Positions 50,470 through 62,092 are shown, counted from the stretch's first letter. The stretch is DNA of 64,000 nucleotides from an uncultured Phycisphaerales bacterium (GCA_963844715.1 CAWJPJ010000008.1:96001-160000), one strand, 5' to 3'. The notes: generated from the letters alone by a model not told the origin. Numbers and translations: made by a program.

Positions 50470-52143
50470 ATGCCGCTTGAAAGGCTGAAAATCCAGCCGC
50501 CGCACAACCTGCCTCGATTTATTGCCGGCGGGGCATTGATCGTCGTGCTGGGCATGCTGGCCTATCTGCCCGCGCTCAATGGCCAGTTCGTCTGGGACGA
50601 CAACTCCTGGACCACCGGCATCGTCCCGCTCCTCCAGGACTTTTCCGGCCTGGAAAAGATGTGGCTCCAGGGCACCGCACTTCAGCAATATTACCCCCTG
50701 ACCGGCACCAGCTTCTGGATCGATTACCACCTCTGGGGATTTCACACCCTTCCCTACCATATCGAAAACCTTCTGCTCCATCTCACTTCCGCGCTGCTGT
50801 TCTGGACCCTGCTCAAAAAACTCCAGGTTCCCGGCACGTGGCTGGCTGGTGCCATATTCGCCGTCCATCCCGTCATGGTCGAATCCGTCGCCTGGATCAC
50901 CGAACGAAAAAACGTCCTCTCCATGGTCTTCTTTCTAACCGGCCTGCTGGCGTACGGACGATTCAGCAACTTTTGGAAAGCGGAAGAAAAGTCCCCCAAT
51001 TGGTCCATCTACGCGCTGGCTCTCTTTCTATTCATCTGCGCCCTCCTCGCCAAAGCCACCGCCTTCTCATTTCCGGCGGTTCTCCTGCTCATCTGCTGGT
51101 GGAAGAGGGGGGAGATTCGCTGGAAGAGGGATGTCCTCCCCACGCTTGCCTTCTTCGCGATCTCCATCGGCTTTTGCCTCAGGACCAGTCGGCTGGAGAA
51201 ATACCACGTCGGAGCCATCGGCCCCGAATGGAACATCTCCTTCCCCGCTCGATGCCTGATTGCCGGTCGCGTAATCTGGTTCTATTTCGGCAAACTCCTC
51301 TGGCCCAGCTCTCTTTGTTTCATCTATCCGCGCTGGCATCTGAACGTGGCCAGTTGGAAACAGTGGCTCTGCCCAATCAGCGTGATCGCAATCCTCGGCG
51401 TCCTGTGGCACTACCGCCGCCGCATCGGCCGAGGTCCGCTCGCCGCCGCCCTCTTTTTCACCGGCACCCTCTTCCCCGCCCTGGGATTTATGGACGCCTA
51501 TTTCATGCGTTTCTCCTTCGTCTGCGACCACTGGATGTACCTTTCGAGTCTGGGATTGATCGCGCTGTTCGCGGCGATCGTTACTCAGAAGATCCATTCG
51601 AGAGCGGTCGTCTGCGGTTTTTCCGCCGTTCTGCTCGGCGCGTTCGCCATTCTGACCTGGCGACAGTGCGCCGTTTATTCCGATTTGGAAACCCTCTGGC
51701 GCGACACCCTGGCGAAGAACCCTGACGCCTGGATGGCGCAATACAACCTGGGATACTTGATGCAAACCCACGGCAACATCGCCGAGGCAAAGGAGCGATA
51801 CGAGCGCACGCTTGCGATCAACCCCAACTGCGACGAGGCGGAAAATAATCTGGCCTGGCTCCTGGCGACACTTTCGTCCGCGGAGGGGGGAGACCCGGCG
51901 TGCGCGGTGATTCTGGCCGAGAACGCCTGCCGCTCAACGAGCAATCAGGATGCGAATCGACTGGATACGCTGGGGGTCGCCTACGCGGCCGACGGGCGGT
52001 TCGATGACGCCGTCGCGACCACGCAATCGGCCATCGCCCTGGCGCAGCAAGAGGGCCAAACCGAGCTGGTGAGGCGCATGGAAGCTCGCCTGGCCCTCTA
52101 TCGACAAGGCCATCCATATAATCCGTCCCCGGCCGGCGGTTGA
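50470..52143 (+). CDS. TMTC-like multi-TM glycosyltransferase with C-terminal TPRs
   Basis: [33 protein letters not shown] and TLWRDTL, followed by TPRs. Confidence 0.75.
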   Translation: MPLERLKIQPPHNLPRFIAGGALIVVLGMLAYLPALNGQFVWDDNSWTTGIVPLLQDFSGLEKMWLQGTALQQYYPLTGTSFWIDYHLWGFHTLPYHIENLLLHLTSALLFWTLLKKLQVPGTWLAGAIFAVHPVMVESVAWITERKNVLSMVFFLTGLLAYGRFSNFWKAEEKSPNWSIYALALFLFICALLAKATAFSFPAVLLLICWWKRGEIRWKRDVLPTLAFFAISIGFCLRTSRLEKYHVGAIGPEWNISFPARCLIAGRVIWFYFGKLLWPSSLCFIYPRWHLNVASWKQWLCPISVIAILGVLWHYRRRIGRGPLAAALFFTGTLFPALGFMDAYFMRFSFVCDHWMYLSSLGLIALFAAIVTQKIHSRAVVCGFSAVLLGAFAILTWRQCAVYSDLETLWRDTLAKNPDAWMAQYNLGYLMQTHGNIAEAKERYERTLAINPNCDEAENNLAWLLATLSSAEGGDPACAVILAENACRSTSNQDANRLDTLGVAYAADGRFDDAVATTQSAIALAQQEGQTELVRRMEARLALYRQGHPYNPSPAGG

Positions 52144-52183
52144 GGCGAGCCGGCCGCCCATCGTCTATCATTCCCTGGCGACA

Positions 52184-54122
52184 ATGAATCAGGATGCGCA
52201 CGAATTATTTCAGATGGCCAGGCAGGACCACGAAGCCGGGAAACTGGCCGAGGCGGAACTGCTCTACCAGCACGTGATCGCGCGCGATCCGAATCACGCG
52301 GACGCCTTGCATCTGCTGGGGATTATTCTGGCCCAGACCGATCGCGCCCCAAGGCCGCGGAGATGCTCCGGCGCGGCGGCCGCGAATCCCAATTCGGCGG
52401 ACGTGCACAACAACCTCGCCAACGTGCTTCAGAGCCTCGGGCAGTTGGAAGAGGCCATCGCCCAGTACAACGCGTCGCTGGCGCTGAATCCGAATTTTCC
52501 CACGGGCCTCAGCAATCTGAGCAACACCCTGCGATTGAGCGGCAGATATGACGACGCGATTGCCGCCGCCCGGCGGGCGATCGAGCTGAACGCCGGTTAC
52601 GCGCCGGCTTACGTAAATCTGGGATACGCCCTCCAGGAAAAGGGCGATCTCGAGCAGGCGATCGACGCCTTTCAAAAAGCCCTCATGGTGCGGGCGGATT
52701 TCCCGGAGGCGCAGACCAATCTGGGCATGCGCCCTGGCAGCCGTCGGACGGCTCGACGAGGGCATCGCGGCTTGCCGGCGCGCGGTCAATCTCGCCCCCA
52801 ATCTGGCCCAGGCTCACGTGAATCTCGGCAACGCCCTGCAATCGGCCGGGCGATTGGATGAAGCGATCGCCTCGTTCGACCGCGCACGAACCATCAATCC
52901 CGATTACACGGCCGCTCACAGCAACCGGTTTTTCGCGATGGCGTATATGCCCGAGTTCAATTCGCCGGCGATTCTCCGCGAGATGAAGGCATGGGACGCC
53001 CGGAATCCGCGGCCGATGACCGGGCACAAGAACGATCGGAATCCGGCCCGAAAATTGAGGATTGGGTATGTCTCGCCCGATTTTTACCGCCATTGCCAGT
53101 CGTTTTTCACGATTCCCCTGCTGTCGCACCACGATCATGTGCAGTTCGAGATTTACTGCTACGCCGATGTGAGCAGTCCCGACGAAATCACCGCGAGAAT
53201 TCAAAACCACGCGTATGTTTGGCGAAGCACAGTGGGGAGGAGCGATGAGCAGATCGCAGAGCAAATCAAAGCCGATGGAATCGATATTCTGGTCGATCTG
53301 ACCATGCACATGGCGCATGCAAGGCCGGGGGTATTCGCCAGGAAACCCGCGCCGATCCAAATCGCCTGGCTCGCCTATCCCGGAACGACGGGATTAAGCG
53401 CCATGGACTATCGGCTCAGCGACCCGCACCTGGACCCACCTGGGGAACATGAGGGGTGGTACGCGGAGAAGACGGTTTTGCTTCCCGACACGTTTTGGTG
53501 TTACGAGCCGTTGGGGGAGGTTCCGGAAGTGCAAGCACTGCCCGCCTCTCAGAACGGATATGTGACCTTTGGCTGTTTGAATAACTTTTGCAAGGTGACC
53601 GATCAGACCCTGGACCTGTGGGCGCACGTCATCCGCGAAACGAAGGAGTCGCGACTGATTTTGTTATCTCCCCGTGGCGAGCACCGTCAAAGGGTCATTA
53701 GCAAAATCGGCGTGGCGCGGTCCCGGGTCGAATTCGTCGAGTTCCTTCCTCGGCAGAAATACCTGGAAACCTACCACCGAATCGATCTCTGCCTCGATAC
53801 CTTCCCATATAACGGCCACACGACCAGTCTGGATGCATTTTGGATGGGAGTTCCCGTAGCGACGCTTTGCGGGCAAACCGCCGTCTCGCGGGCGGGGTTC
53901 AGCCAGACCAAGAATCTCGGGCTCGACGCCGCCCTGGTTGCGCATGATCCGGATGAATTCGTCAAAAATACCGTCAGATTGGCCGGGAATTTGGCCGCCC
54001 TGAGCGAACTGCGAAAGGGACTGCGCCAAAGAATGGAAAAATCGCCCCTCATGGACGGAAAAAAATTCGCGGCGAATTTCGAAAAAGCGTTGCGCGAGAT
54101 GTGGCGGCGGTGGACGTCATGA
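52184..54122 (+). CDS. TPR + GT41 (O-GlcNAc transferase / SPINDLY-like) protein, frameshifted
   Basis: TPR array, LRIGYVSPDF, DILVDL, KPAPIQ.AWLAYPGTTG, NNFCK and DTFPYNGHTT. Confidence 0.88.
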
Positions 54123-55751
54123 ACGACGCGGAATCGCATTTCAATCGCGGCAACGCCCTCATGAACCAGGGTCGCCCCGCCGAGGCGGTCGAAGCGTATC
54201 GGCTTTCCCTCCAGGAATTCCCGAATCATGCCATCACGCTCTTCAACCTCGGCAATGCCCTCAAAGAGACCGGTCGAGGCGAGGAAGCAATTGAAGCTTA
54301 TCGCTCCGCGCTGGTGGCGAAGCCGGATTTTGCCGATGCGGCTTACAACCTGGCGATCGCCCTGCGCGAGGCGCATCGGCCCGACGAGGCCCTGGCGGCC
54401 TACCAAAAAGTGCTCGCGATTCAGCCGGATTATCGGGATGCCCACAATGACATGGGTGAGATCCATCGCGAATTGGGCCGATTCGACGAGGCCCTGGCCT
54501 GCTACGCGCGCGAATTGGAATTGCACCCCGATCACGCGCTGGCGCAGAGCAATCGGCTTTTTACGTTGAACTATCATCCCGGCCATACGCCGGAAAAAAC
54601 TCTACGCGAACATCTCGATTGGAATCGAAAAAATATTTTCCGCTCGACAGCTCATTCAAACGATCGAAATCCCGAGCGCCGGCTGAAAATCGGCTACGTC
54701 TCCCCGGATTTTCGGCGCCATTGCCAGTCGTTCTTCACGATTCCTCTACTGTCGCATCACGACCACGCGCAATTTGAGATCTACTGCTACGCCGATGTGA
54801 GCCGTCCCGACGAAATCACCGCGAGAATTCAAAAATACACGGATGTATGGCGAAGCACGGTGGGAAAGAGCGACGAGCAGATTGCAGAGCAAATCAAAGC
54901 CGATGGGATCGATATTCTCGTCGATCTGACCATGCATATGGCGCACGGAAGGCCGGGGGTATTCGCCAGAAAACCCGCGCCCATCCAAGTCGCCTGGCTG
55001 GCCTATCCCGGTACGACGGGATTAACCGCGATGGATTACCGGTTAAGCGACCCGTATCTCGACCCACCGGGCGAACACGATGGGTGGTACTCGGAGAAGA
55101 CGGTTCTCCTTCCGGATACTTTTTGGTGTTACGAGCCATTGGGCGACGTACCGGCAGTACAATCACTGCCCGCTGACCGGAACGGGTATGTAACCTTTGG
55201 CTGTTTGAACAACTTTTGCAAGGTGACGGACCAGACCTTGGAACTGTGGGGGAAGGTGATGGGGGAGGTGACCAACTCCCGGCTCATTCTGTTATCCCCC
55301 CTCGGGGAGCATCGGCAAAGGGTCATCAGCAAACTGGGCGTGGAGCGATCCCGCGTTGAATTCGTCGAGTTCCTGCCTCGCCAGAAATACCTGGAGACCT
55401 ATCGCCGGATCGATCTTTGCCTGGATACATTCCCCGTAAATGGCCACACAACCAGCCTCGACGCCGTGTGGATGGGGGTCCCCGTGGTGAGCATGGTGGG
55501 AAAGGCGGCGATCGCGCGGGCGGGAGTCAGCCAGAACGCAAATCTGGGACTCAGCAGGGAATTGGTGGCGGAATCGAAGGAAGGGTTTGTATCGCTGGCA
55601 ACCGGTTTGGGGCGGGATACTGGCAAATTGGAGCAACTCGGGTCGCGGATTGCGGCAGCGAATGGAAGTATCGCCCTTAATGGACGGGGGCCGTTTTGCC
55701 CGTGGCGTGGAAGCCGTTTTTCGCGATATTTGGCGGCGGTACTGCTGTTAA
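54119..55751 (+). CDS. Second TPR + GT41 protein (frameshift near the 3' end)
   Basis: Same GT41 motifs; ATGA overlap with the first paralog. Confidence 0.88.
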
Positions 55752-55781
55752 ATGGCTCTGGCCGATGACTATCATTGAGAT

Positions 55782-56111
55782 ATGTCCATGCGAATTGCAC
55801 TGGTTTGCGGGATTTTGGCTTTCGGAATAGGCGGATGTTTTTCGCCTGATCCCAAGTCAATAAAAAGCGATAATGCCGCCAGTGCGGTTCCTGCGATCAA
55901 GGACGCGGCAATCAAGGACGATCGCACCGCGATTCCACGTTTGATCCAGGATTTGGACGATAATGATCCAGCGATTCGCTTCGCGGCGATCTGCCGCCTT
56001 CATAAAATGACCGGTCAGACTTTCGGATACCGGTATTATGACGACGCGGAGGATCGGCGGCCTGCCGTCAAACAATGGCGCCTATGGCTGCAATCGCATC
56101 CGAGTCCATGA
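55782..56111 (+). CDS. Small HEAT-repeat lipoprotein
   Basis: Lipobox GIGG-C, AIPRLIQDLDDNDPAIRFAAI and TGQTFGY. Confidence 0.7.
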   Translation: MSMRIALVCGILAFGIGGCFSPDPKSIKSDNAASAVPAIKDAAIKDDRTAIPRLIQDLDDNDPAIRFAAICRLHKMTGQTFGYRYYDDAEDRRPAVKQWRLWLQSHPSP

Positions 56112-56579
56112 GGTTTATGATCCAATCGGCGAATCATTTCGGAATGGGCGGACGCTCGGGCGAGAGGCTCGAGTTGAAGATCGATAGCGACCCGGCTAAT
56201 CTTCGCCAGGTCCGCAAGAGCATCGAGGAATTTGCCGCTCAGCGCCGGCCTCCCGCGCGAAGCGTGCGATGAAGTGGGACTGGTGATCAACGAGGCGCTG
56301 GCAAACGTGATCCGCCACGGCTACGGCGGCGCGACGGATCGGCCCATCCTGGTGACCGCCACCGCCGAGGACCAAGCCGTGCGATTCACCATTCGCGACT
56401 GGGGCAAGCCGTTTGACCCGGCCGCGGTCGCGAAGAAAAAAACGGGCGAATTATTGAAGCCCGGCGGGCTAGGATTGGTTTGCATCAAGAAACTCATGGA
56501 CGAAGTGCAGTTCGCGCAGTTGTCGGATGGAATGCAGTTGACCATGGTGAAATACTTGCGGCCGCAACAAGACCGCTAG
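56108..56579 (+). CDS. RsbW/SpoIIAB-like anti-sigma factor Ser kinase (frameshifted)
   Basis: NEALANVIRHGY, IRDWGKPFDP and GGLGL..IKKLMDEV. Start at 56108 or 56144. Confidence 0.85.
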
Positions 56580-56594
56580 ACAGGTAACACCACC

Positions 56595-56956
56595 ATGTCA
56601 GAGGTTAAAGCCGAACACCGAATTGGTATCCCTCCCGCAGGTCCGTGACGACGCGGTCCTCGGCGTCGGTGCGCGGCGAGGTCGATCTCCACAACAGTCC
56701 CGAACTGCGCGCGGCCCTGCTGGGAATGCTGACCAAATCGCTTCCTAAGAAGATGGTGCTGAATCTATCGCAGGTTCCGTACATGGATTCCAGCGCCGTC
56801 GCGGTGCTCGTTGAAGTGCTTCAGAAACTCCGCCGCGCCGGCGGTCGATTGATGCTCAGCGCTCTCCAGCCGCGCGTCAAAGGCTTGCTCGAAATCGCCA
56901 GGCTGGATTCAATCTTCGTACTGGCCGGCAGCGACGAAGAAGCTCTGGCGAAATAA
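56595..56956 (+). CDS. STAS-domain anti-sigma antagonist (RsbV/SpoIIAA-like)
   Basis: GEVDLHNSPELR, VPYMDSSAVAVL and LEIARLD. Frameshift near the 5' end. Confidence 0.85.
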
Positions 56957-56963
56957 TCCGCGA

Positions 56964-57794
56964 TTGAGTCCGGCTCATTTCATGAACACGGTTCTCCGCC
57001 CCATCGCTCTGCTGTACACGTCCGTTATCGGGTTCTTTCGTTTTGTGGGGGAGATCGCCTATCTCCTGTTGGACACCGCGATCGGACTGCCGCGATCCCT
57101 CTTTCACAAGCAGGGCCGTCGTCTCGGTTGGATGAATCTTTGGGACCAGATGGACCGCTTCGGCGTGCGGAGCATTCCCATCGTTGCCCTGGTGCTCTTT
57201 TGCATCGGGGCGATCCTGGCCTTGCAGATGGCGCCGATCCTGCACGACTACGGCGCGCTGGATAAGGTGGCGGATATCATTGCCGTCACCGTCGGGCGCG
57301 AGCTGGGGCCGCTGGTCTCGGCCGTCGTGCTCACGGGCTTCGCCGGAGCGAGCATCGCGGCGGAACTCGGCAGCATGGTGGTCTCTGAGGAAATCGAGGC
57401 CCTCGAGGCCCACGCCATCAGTCCGATCCGCTTCCTGGTTGTCCCCCGGGTTTTGGCCACGACGATCATGATGATCTGCATCGCCGTCGTTGGCGATTTC
57501 GCCGGCGGCATCGGCGGGCTCGCAACCGCCGGTTGCTTTCTCGGCATCAGCCCGGACCTCTACGTCCATCACACCTTCGACGCCCTGAAACTGAAGGATT
57601 TCGTCACCGGCCTGATCAAGGCCGGCGTCTTCGGAATGCTCATCAGCGCCATGGCCTGCCGTCTGGGATTGTCCGTCACCGGCGGTGCCGAAGGCGTCGG
57701 CGTGGCGACCACCAAAACCGTCGTCTATACCATCGTCGCCCTGATCTCGGTGGACCTGATCTTCACGGCGATCTTTTACTTCCTGGGATGGTGA
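56964..57794 (+). CDS. mlaE: MlaE-family ABC permease
   Basis: RELGPL, AELGSM.VSEEIEAL, LVVPR and GVG.ATT..VV. Confidence 0.9.
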   Translation: MSPAHFMNTVLRPIALLYTSVIGFFRFVGEIAYLLLDTAIGLPRSLFHKQGRRLGWMNLWDQMDRFGVRSIPIVALVLFCIGAILALQMAPILHDYGALDKVADIIAVTVGRELGPLVSAVVLTGFAGASIAAELGSMVVSEEIEALEAHAISPIRFLVVPRVLATTIMMICIAVVGDFAGGIGGLATAGCFLGISPDLYVHHTFDALKLKDFVTGLIKAGVFGMLISAMACRLGLSVTGGAEGVGVATTKTVVYTIVALISVDLIFTAIFYFLGW

Positions 57795-57797
57795 CGC

Positions 57798-58595
57798 ATG
57801 CCCGACGACGTCATCGAGGTCCGGGATGCCACTAAAATTTACGACGGCCGAGTCATTCTCGACGCCATCCGCCTCGAAGTCCGCCGCGGCGAGACGCTGG
57901 TCATCATGGGCGGCTCCGGTTCCGGAAAATCCACCATGCTCAGATTGATGATCGGCAACGCCATGTGCGACGGCGGCGACATCATCGCCTCCGGCCGCAG
58001 CCTGCGATCCATGACCGAAGATCAGTTGGACGATTATCGCAAGACCGTCGGCGTCCTCTTCCAGAGCGGAGCACTTTTCAACTCCATGTCGGTGGCGGAT
58101 AACGTGGCGCTGCCCCTGCGGGAACATACGGATCTCGAAGAGGCGACCATTCAGATCATGGTGAAAATCAAGCTCGAACTTGTGGGCCTGCGGCAGCATG
58201 CGGATAAGATGCCCGCCATGCTGTCCGGCGGAATGAAAAAGCGGGCTGGTCTGGCGCGGGCGATCGCGCTGGATCCGCACATCCTGTTTTACGACGAGCC
58301 GTCCGCCGGCCTCGACCCGGTGACCAGCGCCGAGATCGATCAATTGATCATCGACCTGAACAAAAAGCTCGGCGTGACCAGCGTCGTGGTGACGCACGAG
58401 ATGGATTCGGCGTTCCGAATCGCCGACCGCATGGTTCTGCTGGATCGCGGGAAATTCATCGCCAGCGGCACGCCGGAGCAGATGCGCACCAGCGCCGATC
58501 CCCTGGTGCATCAGTTCGTGTTCGGATTGGCTGAAGGCCCGCTCACCGATCGGCGCCGCGCCGGCGGTTACGAGGCGGATTTGCTCGGAGCATGA
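57798..58595 (+). CDS. mlaF: MlaF-family ABC ATPase
   Basis: GGSGSGKS, FQSGALF, LSGGMKKR, DEPSAGLDP and VTH. Confidence 0.9.
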   Translation: MPDDVIEVRDATKIYDGRVILDAIRLEVRRGETLVIMGGSGSGKSTMLRLMIGNAMCDGGDIIASGRSLRSMTEDQLDDYRKTVGVLFQSGALFNSMSVADNVALPLREHTDLEEATIQIMVKIKLELVGLRQHADKMPAMLSGGMKKRAGLARAIALDPHILFYDEPSAGLDPVTSAEIDQLIIDLNKKLGVTSVVVTHEMDSAFRIADRMVLLDRGKFIASGTPEQMRTSADPLVHQFVFGLAEGPLTDRRRAGGYEADLLGA

Positions 58596-58611
58596 AGGGA
58601 GCCGCTGACGT

Positions 58612-59817
58612 ATGGCAGCACAGCGTAACGCCGTCCGGGCGGGAATTTTCATGTTGGCCAGCCTCGCGCTGGTCGTGTTCGTCATCATCGCCATCAGCGG
58701 CGCCTCCAGGTTCACCCAGCGCTTCTCGACCTACGGAGTTCAATTCTCATTGCAGGACGACGTCGGCGGCCTGCGCCCGGCGACGACGTGCCGCATCGGC
58801 GGGCTGAAGGTCGGGGACGTCCACGACATCGTGATCAACACCCAAAACACGCCGGACAATCAGCCGGACCTGGTGGTCTACATCGAAGTTCCTGCGCGCT
58901 ACCCGATGGCGTCCGACGCCGTGGTTTCGATCGAGAAGTCGATTACCGGATCGGCGGCGGTCAATATCGATAACCTGGGAACCGGGCCCCCTCTCAGCGG
59001 CGGCGAAATGCTCCGCGGACATCCCGATGCGCTCTCCGGATTCCTTCATCGCGTCAGCGCCATGGGCCCTGATCTCCAGGAAGTCGTCGCCAACTTGAAG
59101 CGCGCCTCGACCAAAGTGAATACCGACCTCGACAAATTCGGACAGACCGCCGATGCCATCACCGAGACGGGCTACACGGCGACGGCGACCGTCCGCGAGC
59201 TGCACGTCCGTTTGCCCGAAATCATCGGACGATACGATCAGACCACCGCCTCGGCGATCCGTGCCCTCGACACCATTCACGATCTCCTCGGCCCCAGCGC
59301 CGGCGACATTCATGCGACGATCGCCAATGTTCGGGCGATCTCCACGGATGTTCACGCGCGCCTGCCGGAGTTGCTGGACGATCTGCGTTCGATCCTTCAG
59401 AAGACGGATCTGGCCGTGACGCGCGCGGCGTCCGCCATGCAGGACATTCAAAACACAACCGGCTCGATTCACGAGGTGATCGCCGGAAACAGGAGCCGCT
59501 TCGACGGAATCATCTCCTCCCTCAAGGCGACCAGCGACAATTTGAAATACGCGAGCATGGAAATCCGGCACAGCCCCTGGCGGCTGCTGTATCAGCCCAA
59601 GCCGGATGAAATGGCGAACCTGAATATTTACGATTCCGTTCGCCAATTCGCCGAGGGGGCGACCGACATGGATAACGCCGCCGAGGCGCTGCGCGACGCC
59701 GCCAGGGACCCCAACGCCGATCCGGCGCGGATCAGGAAACTCACCGCCGATCTCGACGTCAGCTTCTCGCGTTTCCAGACGGTCGAGCAGAAGTTGTGGT
59801 CCGACATCAAGCAATGA
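58612..59817 (+). CDS. MlaD/MCE-domain protein with long helical tail
   Basis: N-terminal TM, GL......IGGLKVGDV MCE motif and C-terminal PWRLL. Confidence 0.85.
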   Translation: MAAQRNAVRAGIFMLASLALVVFVIIAISGASRFTQRFSTYGVQFSLQDDVGGLRPATTCRIGGLKVGDVHDIVINTQNTPDNQPDLVVYIEVPARYPMASDAVVSIEKSITGSAAVNIDNLGTGPPLSGGEMLRGHPDALSGFLHRVSAMGPDLQEVVANLKRASTKVNTDLDKFGQTADAITETGYTATATVRELHVRLPEIIGRYDQTTASAIRALDTIHDLLGPSAGDIHATIANVRAISTDVHARLPELLDDLRSILQKTDLAVTRAASAMQDIQNTTGSIHEVIAGNRSRFDGIISSLKATSDNLKYASMEIRHSPWRLLYQPKPDEMANLNIYDSVRQFAEGATDMDNAAEALRDAARDPNADPARIRKLTADLDVSFSRFQTVEQKLWSDIKQ

Positions 59818-60030
59818 TGCTCTTCTGGCGGCGTCCGGCGCGAAGAAGCCCGGCGGTGAGCTGATTCGGCGGGCCAATACGGCGCTCCGCTAATGTGACC
59901 GCCCACACCGATTTATGACAAAAATCCGCCCCCGGGGCGCTGCGGACCGGCTGTCGATCTTTTATTATTCGCCTCCTAAGATTTCCTGGTTGTAAAGCGG
60001 CGTCAACTGCCCGCCGAGGACAGTATTGGA

Positions 60031-61981
60031 ATGGTCGTAACCCTGGGCGAAGGTTTACTCTCACGAGACGACAAGGGGGATCTGCGCGTCCGCATCGCTA
60101 CGGTCTTTCCACGCTCCGGCACGATCGTGACCCTCCCCGGCATCCACGCCAGCCAGCGCGAAGCCTATATCGAATCGCTGAACCACTCTCGCCAGGAGCG
60201 CGGCAAGCCGCCTCTCACCGATATAGAGCAGGACGCCGAGATGGAACTGGCCGTCGATCTGATCGTCGACGAGCAGGGCGTTCTGATCCGTCCCGACCCC
60301 ACGCGAATGGATCTGGCCAAGGAGGCTGATGAGCTGCTCGAGGAAGTGATCCCCAAGCGGCTGATCAAGTATCTGCTCCTCAGCGACCGGCGCGCTGCGC
60401 GATTCCCTCAAGAAGCGCGGAGAATGTTGGCGGGTATTTTTGCCGCCGACTGATCCGAGGGAAATCCGCCGCATGATCGCCGAGGCGCGCTGTTCCATCG
60501 AGGGCAAGCCGATCTATTATTACAGCCCCTTCACCGGAACCCGCCTGCTCACTTTCGAAAATCTCAAAAAACTTGGCGACCTCGACGACTCGCAGCTTCG
60601 CAAGCACCTGGCCGAAATCGGCGCCTACGGAAATTGCCGCAACCGCGAGGGATATTGCGAAATCGAATTCTTCATGGCCGATCACGCCCCCGGCGTCCCC
60701 GCAATGGGGGATTTCGAATTGGCCGCCACGGCCGGCGGAAGAGAGCTTCGCACGCGCTTCAATGCTCTCTGCGACCGGCTCCAGAACCGAATCCCCGCCG
60801 AATTCCGCCACGACGATCTGGACGACCCTGAATGGCGCAACCGGATGTTCGCCTCGCTGATGGCGCAGCGAAACGGCGCCCTGGTGGACGACCGCACGAT
60901 GGGGCTCGATCCCGAATTCGCGATGCGCGTCGAGTGGCTCCCCGGCTGCCGCATCGAAGAGGGCGAACTCATCCTCGACCCGGCAATCGAGGAACCCTAC
61001 GGCCGCCAGGGCGAAAAGAAGCTCTCCAGTGTCGTCCGCGGCCTGATCCTGAATCTGGTGCAGGAATACGGGGACATGGAATACCTCAATCTCGGCGACG
61101 TGCTCCCCTCCGCCACCCGCAACGAAAATCGCGGCGGAAGGCGCGAAGTCTATGTCGCACAAATCAAACAGCGCCGCGCCACCGGCGAAATCCTGCAAAT
61201 CATCCGCATGCAAAAGTGGGGCGTGCGCGAGCACCTCGACGACGGAAAAGACCTCGAAAACGCCATGACGGCGACCGAGGAATACACCGAATACGTCCAG
61301 GACCGCCGCCTCGCCTGCCGGCAATTGGGGATGAACCTTCAGGCTTCGCAAACCACTCGAAAAGTCAGCGAGCAATATTTCGGCAAAAATCAGCGCTATC
61401 ACGCCCGCCGAATTTGGTCTCCCTATTTCCAGCGCGACTACATCTCCGGCGCGGCCACCGATCAGGTCTCGGCCCGAAAAATGGAGGACCGCTCGTACGC
61501 CCTGATCTTCGCCCGCCTTCTCGGCCAGGCGGCGGCGTCCAACATCATCCTCGGCCGCGCCGAACTCAGCGGCGAAGTCGTCTTCGACGTGGGCGACGAA
61601 ATCGTCACCGAAGACGCCTCGGGAATGCCCGCGCAGATCGTGGTTTCGGATCACGTCGGAACATTCGTCGATTGGCGCGGAACGCTCGAATCGCGCGCCC
61701 CCTCTTACGCCAAACCGATCTGCAAGCGCCTCCCGCTCGTCCCCGACAAGCGCGAATTTGCCGATGCCTATCTTTCCGGATTTACCGAACGATTCGTGCG
61801 CATCCAGGACGAATACGCACGCCACCGCCGCGCCTTTGACACACTCTTCAAGCACCGCCCCTGGGACGAAGGCGGCTCGCTCGCCAAGCGCTGGTCGAGC
61901 ATTCTCGAACGGCTGCGTCTGGCTAATCCGCGCGGGCTAAGCGAATTGATGCGCCAGGCAATAGGCCAATGTCCCGCGTAA
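60031..61981 (+). CDS. Large hypothetical protein (~650 aa, frameshifted)
   Basis: ORFs 60031..60453 and 60440..61981 overlap with genome-typical codon usage. A single gene is inferred. Confidence 0.65.
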
Positions 61982-61986
61982 ATCTC

Positions 61987-62092
61987 AAACCAGAAATCCG
62001 AAACCCGAACCAAACCAGAATGCCCGAATGAACGAAAGGCCATTTCGTCATTCGGGCATTCGGGTTTGATTCTGGTTTCGGGCTTCTGGTTT
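61987..62092. repeat. Heptamer-unit palindrome, copy 2
   Basis: aaaccagaaatccgaaacccgaaccaaaccagaatgcccgaatg ... cattcgggcattcgggtttgattctggtttcgggcttctggttt, between convergent genes. Confidence 0.85.

Noticed and set aside
34184..58715. Long antisense or alternate-frame ORFs (e.g. 34184..35944, 37773..39536, 56877..58715)
   Set aside because: Shadow ORFs of well-supported genes in high-GC DNA, with no motifs of their own.
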